64,000 nucleotides of DNA. Source: Planctomycetota bacterium (GTDB taxonomy: Bacteria > Planctomycetota > UBA1135 > UBA2386). A model generated the notes under the pieces. It did no database searches. It saw nothing but the letters and a program-made list of their open reading frames with translations, and had not been told where the DNA came from. Location of the stretch: assembly GCA_046290465.1 (NCBI GenBank), contig JBKAGP010000001.1, positions 2,112,001 to 2,176,000 on the forward strand. The letters are read 5' to 3'. A program made the position numbers and the translations under genes. Positions 29,735-37,740 of this stretch are shown here, one piece after another; the first letter of the stretch is position 1; the number at the start of each line of letters is the position of its first letter.

Positions 29735-29798
29735 GTCTAACGTCTTTGGTCTCTCAGCTGCGAGCCGCAGGCTCGTCTGCTGCTGAGACTAGTTAGAC
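29735..29798 (-). other. attC site 2 (64 bp)
   Basis: GTCTAAC...GTTAGAC; interior identical to attC3. Confidence 0.9.
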
Positions 29799-30110
29799 AC
29801 CGCTCGTGCCCGCTTGGTCAACCCGGCAACGGAACGCGAGGGTGTGAATGTCGGCGAGATTGATCGACTCCCAGTCATCTGACGTGTGCACGCCGACCCG
29901 CAATGCGCCGGCATACACGTGTGTGCCATCTCGAGTGCACTCAAGCTCGACAGGCGATGCAGGCTCCGCGAAGCGTGTCTTGATCGTCCACGCGTGCCCG
30001 CCATGCCCCGTGATCTCGCTCGTCGCATCGCGACCAGCACAGGTCACGCACCCCCGCGCCAGCAACTGATCACCAGCAAAAAACCCAAGCTCGATGTGCA
30101 TCGTTGGCAT
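29793..30110 (-). CDS. Integron cassette 2: 105-aa hypothetical
   Basis: ATG 11 nt after the core site; stop within R'' of attC2. Confidence 0.75.
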   Translation of the reverse strand: MPTMHIELGFFAGDQLLARGCVTCAGRDATSEITGHGGHAWTIKTRFAEPASPVELECTRDGTHVYAGALRVGVHTSDDWESINLADIHTLAFRCRVDQAGTSGV

Positions 30111-30121
30111 CGGTCGCGCGT

Positions 30122-30185
30122 GTCTAACGTCTCAGGACGCTGAGCTGCGGCCCGAAGGGCCGTCAGCTCCTGCGTCGAGTTGGGC
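30122..30185 (-). other. attC site 1 (64 bp)
   Basis: GTCTAAC gtctcag GACGC t GAGCTG CGGCCC gaa GGGCCG t CAGCTC ct GCGTC ga GTTGGGC. Confidence 0.9.
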
Positions 30186-30479
30186 AGGCTTGCGCCAAGC
30201 GCGAATGAGAAGCGCGAGCAGGCCTGAAAGCACGGAGGGAAAGCAGACGACTACGACACCGAACCAAAACGTCGACCAATTGCCCTGGGGGTAGATTAGA
30301 AGGCAAGACGGAGCCACGAGCCCGGCAGCGATCGCACCGCGACTCAACGCGATGGAACTTCTCGATCTTGTCCAGGCAAGGACAACCGCTGCTATTCCGC
30401 AGGTGCAACCGATTCCGGCTACGGCAAGCAGGCAGAAGCCCGCCAGCACCAACTCGCCATCCGGAAGCTCTGCAGCCAT
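30132..30479 (-). CDS. Integron cassette 1: three-TM membrane protein reading through most of its attC
   Basis: ATG after GCAGGTG; hydrophobic segments; stop lies inside attC1. Confidence 0.65.
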   Translation of the reverse strand: MAAELPDGELVLAGFCLLAVAGIGCTCGIAAVVLAWTRSRSSIALSRGAIAAGLVAPSCLLIYPQGNWSTFWFGVVVVCFPSVLSGLLALLIRAWRKPAQLDAGADGPSGRSSAS

Positions 30480-30491
30480 TTCACCTGCTCT

Positions 30492-30549
30492 GCCCAACTA
30501 GTCTTAGGCAGCGAACCGAATCCCGCCACCACCGCCGGACATGCTAACC
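30492..30549 (-). other. Putative attI site
   Basis: Minus strand TGCCTAAG-ACTA-GTTGGGCA (inverted L/R pair) with an upstream GTTAGCA; no attC hairpin; lies between intI and cassette 1. Confidence 0.7.
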
Positions 30550-30587
30550 CGCACCCCCATCGCCGCAACCCGCGCCAACAACTCCAC

Positions 30588-31613
30588 CTACCGATCCCAA
30601 TCCTCGGCAGGAGGTTCGACAGGTCTGTCTAATCCCGGGTCGTCTTCGACGACGCGGTCCAGGGGGCTTCGGACACCCAGGGGGCCGCGACCGAGGATGT
30701 GGGTGTAGATCATCGTCGTCCGAACGTCCTTGTGGCCCAGGAGGGTCTGGATGGTGCGGATGTCGTAGCCGTCTTCGAGGAGGTGGGTCGCAAAGCTGTG
30801 GCGGAGGGTGTGCGGGGTGACGCGCTTGGTCAGGCCGGCTTCGCGCGTGGCGCGGGTGAAGTCGCGTTGCACGACGGTCTCGTGGAGATGGTGGCGGCGG
30901 AGCTGGCCAGATCCTTGGTGCTGGTAGGTGCGCGTCGCAGGGAAGACCCACTGCCAGGGCCAGGAACGGTCGGCGCCGCGCAGTTTGGTGGCCAGGGCGT
31001 TCGGCAATTCGACGTGGCCCGCGCCTCGATCGAGATCGCGCTCCCACTGCAGACGCACAAAGGTCAGATGCCGGCGCAGCGGCTCGTGCACGGGATCCGG
31101 CAACAGGGTCTGGCGGTCCTTGTCCCCCTTGCCTTGGCGCACGACGAGCACCTTGCGGTGCCAGTCGAGGTCCTTGACGCGCAATCGCAACGCCTCGAGC
31201 AGGCGCAGTCCAGAGCCGTAGAGCAGGCGGCCGATGAGGTCGGATGGATGCGCGAGGCGACCGAGAAGGGTTCGGACCTCCGGCCGGGCGAGCACCGTCG
31301 GCAGGCGCTTGGGGCGACGAGCGCGCTCGAGTCCATCGAGCCACGGGAGCTCGATCCGGAGCACGCGCCGGTAGAGATAGAGCAGCGCACTCAGAGCCTG
31401 ATTCTGGGTCGCGGCGGCGACCTCCATGGTGACGGCGAGGTGATTCAGGAAGCGCTCGACGTCGGGGGCGCCCAGCTCCCGCGGGTGGCGCATGCTCGAG
31501 AAGCGGATGAACCGCTCGATCCAATCGCAGTAGGCGCGCTCGGTGCGCACGCTCTTGTGCTCTCGCCGCATCGCGATGCGAGCCTGTTCGAGCAGTCGCG
31601 GTTCGTCACCCAT
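30588..31613 (-). CDS. intI: Integron integrase
   Basis: TERAYCDW, ATQNQALSA, LLYGSGLRLLE, VRQGKGDKDR, IntI-specific insert (VELPNAL...WPWQWVFPA...RHHLHE), HTLRHSFATH, LGH...TMIYTH. Confidence 0.97.
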   Translation of the reverse strand: MGDEPRLLEQARIAMRREHKSVRTERAYCDWIERFIRFSSMRHPRELGAPDVERFLNHLAVTMEVAAATQNQALSALLYLYRRVLRIELPWLDGLERARRPKRLPTVLARPEVRTLLGRLAHPSDLIGRLLYGSGLRLLEALRLRVKDLDWHRKVLVVRQGKGDKDRQTLLPDPVHEPLRRHLTFVRLQWERDLDRGAGHVELPNALATKLRGADRSWPWQWVFPATRTYQHQGSGQLRRHHLHETVVQRDFTRATREAGLTKRVTPHTLRHSFATHLLEDGYDIRTIQTLLGHKDVRTTMIYTHILGRGPLGVRSPLDRVVEDDPGLDRPVEPPAEDWDR

Positions 31614-31707
31614 GCCGTGACAGGGGCCCGGACGCGTCAACGGTGGCGAACTTTTTTCGGGAAGCCGGCGGAGGCCAGTGCCTGCGTCGTGGTCGCCGGG
31701 GAGCCCG

Positions 31708-31947
31708 TCAGGCGCTCGCCGCCGGCTCCAGCTCCGCGCGCTTGTCCTGCAGCGCAGCCACGACCAACTCGTGCATGCCGTCGCCGCCGGCCTCGTCGAA
31801 GCGGGCCAGCAGCTCGCGGCGCATGCGCGGCTCCCAGAACTTCTTGATGTGGCCCGCGGTGCCGGCGATGGCCTCGGCGCGGTCGGGTTCGCTCTGGAAG
31901 TAGGAGGCGATCTGGTTCGCCATCGTGATCAGCTTGTCGGCGTTCAT
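31708..31947 (-). CDS. fdsD: NAD-dependent formate dehydrogenase delta subunit
   Basis: LITMANQIA...HIKKFWEPRMR. Confidence 0.92.
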   Translation of the reverse strand: MNADKLITMANQIASYFQSEPDRAEAIAGTAGHIKKFWEPRMRRELLARFDEAGGDGMHELVVAALQDKRAELEPAASA

Positions 31948-34808
31948 CCGTTCTGCTCCTCGCCGTCGGTAGCGAACGCCTCGCGGGCGAGCTTCTCCTG
32001 CTCCTGCGAGAAGGTCTCGAAGCGCTGCTGCCACTCGCTCTTGTCGGCGACGACGCGGGCGACCTGCACGGCGGTGACCTTGTACTCGGGGCAGTTGGTC
32101 GCCCAGTCGCTGTTCTCGGTGGTGACGACGTTGGCGCCGCTCTCCGGATGGTGGAACGTCGTGTAGACGACGCCGGGCTGCATGCGGTCGCTGACGATCG
32201 CGCGCATCGTGGTCTCGCCCTTTCGACTCTGCATCGACACCAGGTCGCCGTGCTCGATGCCGCGGGTCTCGGCGTCGTGCGCGTGGATCTCGAGCACGTC
32301 CTCGTCGTGCCACTCCTGGTTGTGCGTGCGCCGCGTCTGCGCGCCGACGTTGTATTGGCTCAGGATGCGGCCGGTGGTCAGGATCAGCGGGAACTTCTTG
32401 TTGGTGCGCTCCGGCGTCGCCAGGAACTCCGTCAGGAAGAACTTGCCCTTGCCGCGCACGAACTCCTTCTCGTGCATGTAGGGCGTGCCCTCGGGCGCCT
32501 TGTCGTTGCACGGCCACTGGATGCTGCCGTGCTTGTCGAGCTTGCCGTAGCTGACGCCGGTGAACGTCGGGGTCAGCGCCGCGATCTCGTCCATGATCTG
32601 GCTCGGGTGGTCGTAGCGCATCTCGAAGCCGAGCGCCTCGGCGAAGCGCACGGTGACCTCCCAGTCGGCCAGACCCGCCAGCGGCGGCATCACCTTGCGC
32701 ACGCGGCTGATGCGCCGCTCGGCGTTGGTGAACGTGCCGTCTTTCTCCAAGAACGAGCTGCCCGGAAAGATCACGTGCGCGTACTTGGCGGTCTCGTTCA
32801 AGAAGATGTCCTGCACGATCAGGCACTCGAGCGATTCCAGCGCCTGCTGCACGTGCTGCGTGTCCGGGTCGGACTGCGCGATGTCCTCGCCCTGCACGTA
32901 CATCGCCTTGAACGAACCGTCGACCGCGGCATCGAACATGTTGGGGATGCGCAGGCCCGGCTCGGGCTGAATCTCGACCCCCCACCTGGCTTCGAACAGC
33001 GCGCGCACGTCCGGGTCCGACACGTGGCGGTAGCCCGGCAGTTCGTGCGGGAAGCTGCCCATGTCGCACGAGCCCTGCACGTTGTTCTGGCCGCGCAGCG
33101 GGTTCACGCCGACGCCGGGGCGGCCGATGTTGCCGGTGACCATCGCGAGGTTGGCGATGGTCATCACGCCGGTCGAGCCCTGGTGGTGCTCGGTGACGCC
33201 GAGGCCGTAGTAGATCGCGCCGTTGCGCGCCTTGGCGAACAGGCGCGCCGCACCGCGGATCTGCTCCGGCGGCACGCCGGTGTGCTCCTCGAGCGCCTCG
33301 GGCGAGTTGCGCTGGTCGCCGACGAAGGCCTTCCACTTCTGGTAGGCCTCCGGCTCGCAGCGCTCGGCGATGTAGTCCTTGGCCTCGAGGCCCTCGGTCA
33401 CGACCACGTGCGCGATCGCGTTCATCACCGCGACGTTGGCGCCGGGGCGCAGCTGCAGGTGGTAGTCGGCCTCGACGTGCGGCGTGCGCACCAGGTCGAT
33501 GCGGCGGGGGTCGATGACGATCAGGCCGGCACCTTCGCGCAGGCGCTGCTTCATGCGCGACGCGAACACCGGGTGGCCGTCGGTCGGGTTGGCGCCGATG
33601 ACGATCACGCAGTCGGTGTGCTCGACGCTGTCGAAGTCCTGCGTGCCGGCCGACTCGCCCAGCGTCGACTTGAGGCCGTAACCGGTCGGCGAGTGGCAGA
33701 CGCGCGCGCAGGTGTCGACGTTGTTGTTGCCGAAGCCGCCGCGGATCAGCTTCTGCACCAGGAAGGTCTCCTCGTTGGTGCAGCGCGAGCTGGTGATGCC
33801 GCCGACCGAGCCCTTGCCGTACTTGGCCTGGATCCGCTGGATCTCGCTGGCGGCGTATTCGAACGCCTCCTCCCAGCTGACCTCGCGCCATGGATCCTGG
33901 ATCGACTTGCGGATCATCGGCTGCTTGACGCGATCCGGGTGCGTCGCGTAGCCCCACGCGAAGCGCCCCTTGACGCAGCTGTGGCCGTGGTTCGCCTTGC
34001 CGTCCTTGTGCGGCACCATGCGCACGACCTCGCTACCCTGCATCTCGGCGCGGAACGAGCAGCCGACGCCGCAGTAGGCGCAGGTCGTGGTCACGGCGTG
34101 GTCGGGCTGGCCGGCGTCGACGATCGACTTCTCCATCAGCGTCGACGTCGGGCAGGCCTGCACGCAGGCGCCGCACGACACGCACTCGGAGTTCATGAAG
34201 TCGGTCGGGCCCGACGCGATCTTGCTGTCGAAGCCGCGGCCCTCGACGGTCAGCGCGAACGTGCCCTGGATCTCGTCGCAGGCGCGCACGCAGCGCGAGC
34301 AGACGATGCACTTGGTCGGATCGAAGGTGAAGTACGGGTTCGACTCGTCCTTGTCCTGGACCAGGTGGTTCTCGCCCTGGTAGCCGTAGCGCACGTCGCG
34401 CAGGCCGACCGCGCCGGCCATGTCCTGCAGTTCGCAGTTGCCGTTGGCCGGACAGGTCAGGCAGTCGAGCGGGTGGTCGCTGATGTAGAGCTCCATCACA
34501 CCGCGGCGCAGGTCGGCGAGCTTCTTGCTCTGCGTCGTGACCTGCATGCCGTCCTCGCACGGCGTCGTGCACGACGCCGGCGTGCCGCGCCGACCGTCGA
34601 TCTCGACCAGGCACAAACGGCAGCTCCCGAACGACTCGAGCGAGTCCGTCGCACACAGCTTGGGAACGTTGACGCCGGCCTCGGTGGCGGCGCGCATCAC
34701 CGACGTGCCGGCGGGCACGCAGACGGGCTTGCCGTCGATGTGGACGGTGACGGTTTGCTCGGACTGCCGCTTGGGAGTCCCGTAGTCGACGACCTTGTTG
34801 GAGTACAT
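31944..34808 (-). CDS. fdsA: NAD-dependent formate dehydrogenase alpha subunit
   Basis: Fe-S motifs, CAYCGVGC, DTCARVCH (Cys ligand), PLRGQNNVQG, CPEYKVTAV. Confidence 0.96.
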   Translation of the reverse strand: MYSNKVVDYGTPKRQSEQTVTVHIDGKPVCVPAGTSVMRAATEAGVNVPKLCATDSLESFGSCRLCLVEIDGRRGTPASCTTPCEDGMQVTTQSKKLADLRRGVMELYISDHPLDCLTCPANGNCELQDMAGAVGLRDVRYGYQGENHLVQDKDESNPYFTFDPTKCIVCSRCVRACDEIQGTFALTVEGRGFDSKIASGPTDFMNSECVSCGACVQACPTSTLMEKSIVDAGQPDHAVTTTCAYCGVGCSFRAEMQGSEVVRMVPHKDGKANHGHSCVKGRFAWGYATHPDRVKQPMIRKSIQDPWREVSWEEAFEYAASEIQRIQAKYGKGSVGGITSSRCTNEETFLVQKLIRGGFGNNNVDTCARVCHSPTGYGLKSTLGESAGTQDFDSVEHTDCVIVIGANPTDGHPVFASRMKQRLREGAGLIVIDPRRIDLVRTPHVEADYHLQLRPGANVAVMNAIAHVVVTEGLEAKDYIAERCEPEAYQKWKAFVGDQRNSPEALEEHTGVPPEQIRGAARLFAKARNGAIYYGLGVTEHHQGSTGVMTIANLAMVTGNIGRPGVGVNPLRGQNNVQGSCDMGSFPHELPGYRHVSDPDVRALFEARWGVEIQPEPGLRIPNMFDAAVDGSFKAMYVQGEDIAQSDPDTQHVQQALESLECLIVQDIFLNETAKYAHVIFPGSSFLEKDGTFTNAERRISRVRKVMPPLAGLADWEVTVRFAEALGFEMRYDHPSQIMDEIAALTPTFTGVSYGKLDKHGSIQWPCNDKAPEGTPYMHEKEFVRGKGKFFLTEFLATPERTNKKFPLILTTGRILSQYNVGAQTRRTHNQEWHDEDVLEIHAHDAETRGIEHGDLVSMQSRKGETTMRAIVSDRMQPGVVYTTFHHPESGANVVTTENSDWATNCPEYKVTAVQVARVVADKSEWQQRFETFSQEQEKLAREAFATDGEEQNG

Positions 34809-34881
34809 GGTGTGGGGTCCCGCGCCGCGCGCGGGCCTACCAGTGCATCCAGGTTGGCCATGCCCGTCAAGTCGCGACGGG

Positions 34882-37536
34882 TCAGTTCCCGACGCGGAGC
34901 GAGAGCAGGTTGCTCTGGGTGTATTGCGCCGGCGCCGCCGGGTCCGGAACGAACGCCTGCAGGTGGAACGTCCAGCCGGCCGTGCCGGGGAAGATCGGCA
35001 GCGTCGCGGTCGCCATCGCGGCGGCACGCCCCTGGCCGTTCTGCGTGATCGGCAGCGCGCCGACCAGCATCCAGTTGGGATCGAGGTAGAGCGTCAGCCC
35101 CGGCAGCGGCGCGTCGACCAGGAACGCGTCGCCGATCGAGATGCCGAGCAACGCGACGGTCGGACCGGGCACGCCGGTCAGGTGGATCGCGTGCGAGCCG
35201 CCGGCGCGGTACGGGCCGGTGCCGCCGAGCACCGGCGCGGCGCCGCCCTCGCCGACGACCGCGTCGTGGCGCTGGGTGCGGCGGCCGCCGTCGACGCGCG
35301 CCACCGTGCGGTTGCGGATCGCGTTGGTGCCGAGCAGGTCGACGTCGCCATCCCCGTCGAGATCGGCCGCGTAGCCGTCGCGGATCGCGAACCGCCGTTC
35401 GTGGTAGAGGTGCACGTTGGGGTCACTGCCGTCGCGCAGCAGCACCGCGTAGACGTTGGGCTGGCCGACCAGGCGCGACAGGCCGAAGTCGAGGTCGCCG
35501 TCGCCGTCGAAGTCGGCGCAGGTGACCTTGGGGCGTTCGGCGGTCGTCACGCCGTACGACAGCCACAGCGGCGTCGACGGCAGCACCTGCACGACGAACG
35601 CGAGCGCGCCGTTGGGCGGGGTCTGGTTGATCAGCAGCCGCAGCTTGCCGTCGGCGTGCGGGCACACCACGTCGTCGCGGCCGTCGCCGTTGACGTCCGT
35701 CACCAGCGACGCGCTCGGCTCGAACGGCAGCACCTGCGCAAACGTCTGGCTCCACCCCGGCACGAACGCCGCGCCCGGCTGGCCGGTGCCGAGCAGGATC
35801 TTCTGCTCGATGCCCGACGACATCGCGATGTCGGGCAGGCCGTCGCCGTCGAAGTCGCCCACTCCCTGCAGGTAGCCGGCCGGCAGCGGCTCGGGAGTCG
35901 TCGCGAAGGTGCCGCTCTGGTTCCAGAACAGTTCGCCGGTGTTGTGCACCGCGAGGTCCTCGTCGCCGTCGCCGTCGAAGTCGGCGACGAACCAGGTGTC
36001 GAGCGTGATCTGCGAGGCCGAACCGAGGAACACGCCCGCCTGGGCACACAGGCCGGCGTGCTCGAAGTGGCCGCCGCCATTGTTGCGATGCCAGACCATG
36101 CCGACGTCCTGGCCCGACTGCATGCGCACCCGGTCGCGCGCGCCGTCACCGTCGACGTCGCACCAGATCGGGTAGCCCGAGTAGTAGTTGTTGGCCGTCG
36201 CCAGCGGCTCGGTCGGTGCCGGAGCGAAGTTGCCGTCGCCGTCGTTGACGACGTCGCGATAGTCCGGATCGCCGTCCCGGTCGACGTCGTGCAGGTCGCG
36301 CGGGCGGGCGAGCCCCCACGCGGACGCGCCAGCGGCCACGGGCATCGGCGCCTCGGCCCACGGGCCTTCGCCGTAGAAGATGCAGCGGCCGGCAACCAGT
36401 TCGAGGTCGCCGTCGCCGTCGAGGTCGGCCGCGCCGGCCAGGCTCTCGGAGCCGGCACCGGGGAACTGCCACGCGGTCGCAAACGCGCCGGTGCCGTCGT
36501 TGGGTGCGATCTCGAACGTCGACGCGAAGTCGAGTTCGGGCCATTGGTAGTTGGGGCCGCCGCCACCGCCACCGCAGCAGACGCCGTCGAGGTCGCCGTC
36601 GCCGTCGACGTCCTGCAGGTATTCGGCGGGGCCGCCGACCGCCTGCGCCTCGGGCGAGAACGCCGCCGGGCCGACCCGCCGGAACACCTCGTACTTGGCC
36701 TGCTGCGAGCTCGTGTAGGCCGGCTTGAACACGACCAGGTCGTCGTCGCCGTCGCCGTCGACGTCGCCGCCGGTCCACAGCCACGGCGTCGGGCTGACCA
36801 GCGTCAGCGTGCTGAAGAACTGCTGCTGGTGCGCGAGCTGGCCGCCGACGACGTGGTAGGCGTTGGCCGCGGCGCTGGCGTGCTCGAACAGCAGCAGGTC
36901 GTCGCCGGGCTGGCCGTCGAGGTCCTGCACCAGCAGGCGCACGGCCGACTGCGCCGACTGCGGCGCGGCCACCACCGTGCTGGTCCACGCGCCCGTTGCG
37001 AAGAACACGTAGAGCTGGTCGACCCCGTTGCTCGGCGCCGCCACCGCCAGGTCGACCAGGCCGTCGGCGTCGAAGTCGCCGGCGGCGGCTGCGCGGCTGC
37101 CGGGCTGCGCGCCGACCAGCCACAGCGGCTGCACCGTGAACTGCAGGTTGGGCTGCGCGAGGTAGCGGTCGACGCGGTCGCGCATCGCTACGGCGAAGTC
37201 GTCGAGCCCGTCGCCGTTGAAGTCGGCGACCACCACCGCCAGGCTGCGGGTGCCGTAGGCCTGGCCGGCTCCCTGGAACGTCGACGTGACCAGCACCGGC
37301 GTCAGCACACCGCCGTCGTTGCGCCAGACGTAGACCTGCCCGCTGGTGCCACTCTGGTGCTGCCGCGTGCCGACCACGTCGAGGTCGCCGTCCCCGTCGA
37401 AGTCACCGAGCTTCTGGAACGGCGCCGAGTCGACCGGCAGCACCACGCGCGGCGCGTGGAAGAGCGACTCCGACTCCTGGGCAGGTGCGGTGGACGCGAC
37501 GACGAGACAAGCGAGGGCGGTGGCGCGGACGTTCAT
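34882..37536 (-). CDS. Secreted FG-GAP/VCBS repeat protein
   Basis: Signal peptide; more than 10 D(F/L/V)DGDGDxD repeats. Confidence 0.88.
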   Translation of the reverse strand: MNVRATALACLVVASTAPAQESESLFHAPRVVLPVDSAPFQKLGDFDGDGDLDVVGTRQHQSGTSGQVYVWRNDGGVLTPVLVTSTFQGAGQAYGTRSLAVVVADFNGDGLDDFAVAMRDRVDRYLAQPNLQFTVQPLWLVGAQPGSRAAAAGDFDADGLVDLAVAAPSNGVDQLYVFFATGAWTSTVVAAPQSAQSAVRLLVQDLDGQPGDDLLLFEHASAAANAYHVVGGQLAHQQQFFSTLTLVSPTPWLWTGGDVDGDGDDDLVVFKPAYTSSQQAKYEVFRRVGPAAFSPEAQAVGGPAEYLQDVDGDGDLDGVCCGGGGGGPNYQWPELDFASTFEIAPNDGTGAFATAWQFPGAGSESLAGAADLDGDGDLELVAGRCIFYGEGPWAEAPMPVAAGASAWGLARPRDLHDVDRDGDPDYRDVVNDGDGNFAPAPTEPLATANNYYSGYPIWCDVDGDGARDRVRMQSGQDVGMVWHRNNGGGHFEHAGLCAQAGVFLGSASQITLDTWFVADFDGDGDEDLAVHNTGELFWNQSGTFATTPEPLPAGYLQGVGDFDGDGLPDIAMSSGIEQKILLGTGQPGAAFVPGWSQTFAQVLPFEPSASLVTDVNGDGRDDVVCPHADGKLRLLINQTPPNGALAFVVQVLPSTPLWLSYGVTTAERPKVTCADFDGDGDLDFGLSRLVGQPNVYAVLLRDGSDPNVHLYHERRFAIRDGYAADLDGDGDVDLLGTNAIRNRTVARVDGGRRTQRHDAVVGEGGAAPVLGGTGPYRAGGSHAIHLTGVPGPTVALLGISIGDAFLVDAPLPGLTLYLDPNWMLVGALPITQNGQGRAAAMATATLPIFPGTAGWTFHLQAFVPDPAAPAQYTQSNLLSLRVGN

Positions 37537-37740
37537 GGACAGACTCCTCCGGGACGAGATCGTAGCGCCCCGCCCGTGCAACTGCCGGACCACATCGCTC
37601 CCCCCGCAGAAACCCCAGAACCCGAGCACCGACCGCCGGCCCGCCGACAGCCGCCATCGGCCACCCGTTACCCAGCCCCACCCCCGAGGCCGCAAGCCCG
37701 ATTCCGCAAGTCCGGTTCCGGAACCAGACTCGCGGACCGG

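Larger units (their letters stand above)
27814..31613 (-). mobile_element. Complete integron: intI, attI, five attC sites, six cassette positions
   Basis: Integron integrase plus regularly spaced RYYYAAC...GTTRRRY hairpins; cassettes visibly more AT-rich than the flanks. Confidence 0.93.

Noticed and set aside
28252..30185. Spaced repeats as a CRISPR array
   Set aside because: The intervening segments are whole genes of several hundred bp, the repeats have attC boxes, and no cas genes are present
30588..31613. Prophage or XerC/D recombinase
   Set aside because: IntI-specific insertion and adjacent attC array; no phage genes nearby
31944..34808. Selenocysteine in formate dehydrogenase
   Set aside because: No in-frame TGA; the active-site ligand is Cys (CARVCH)
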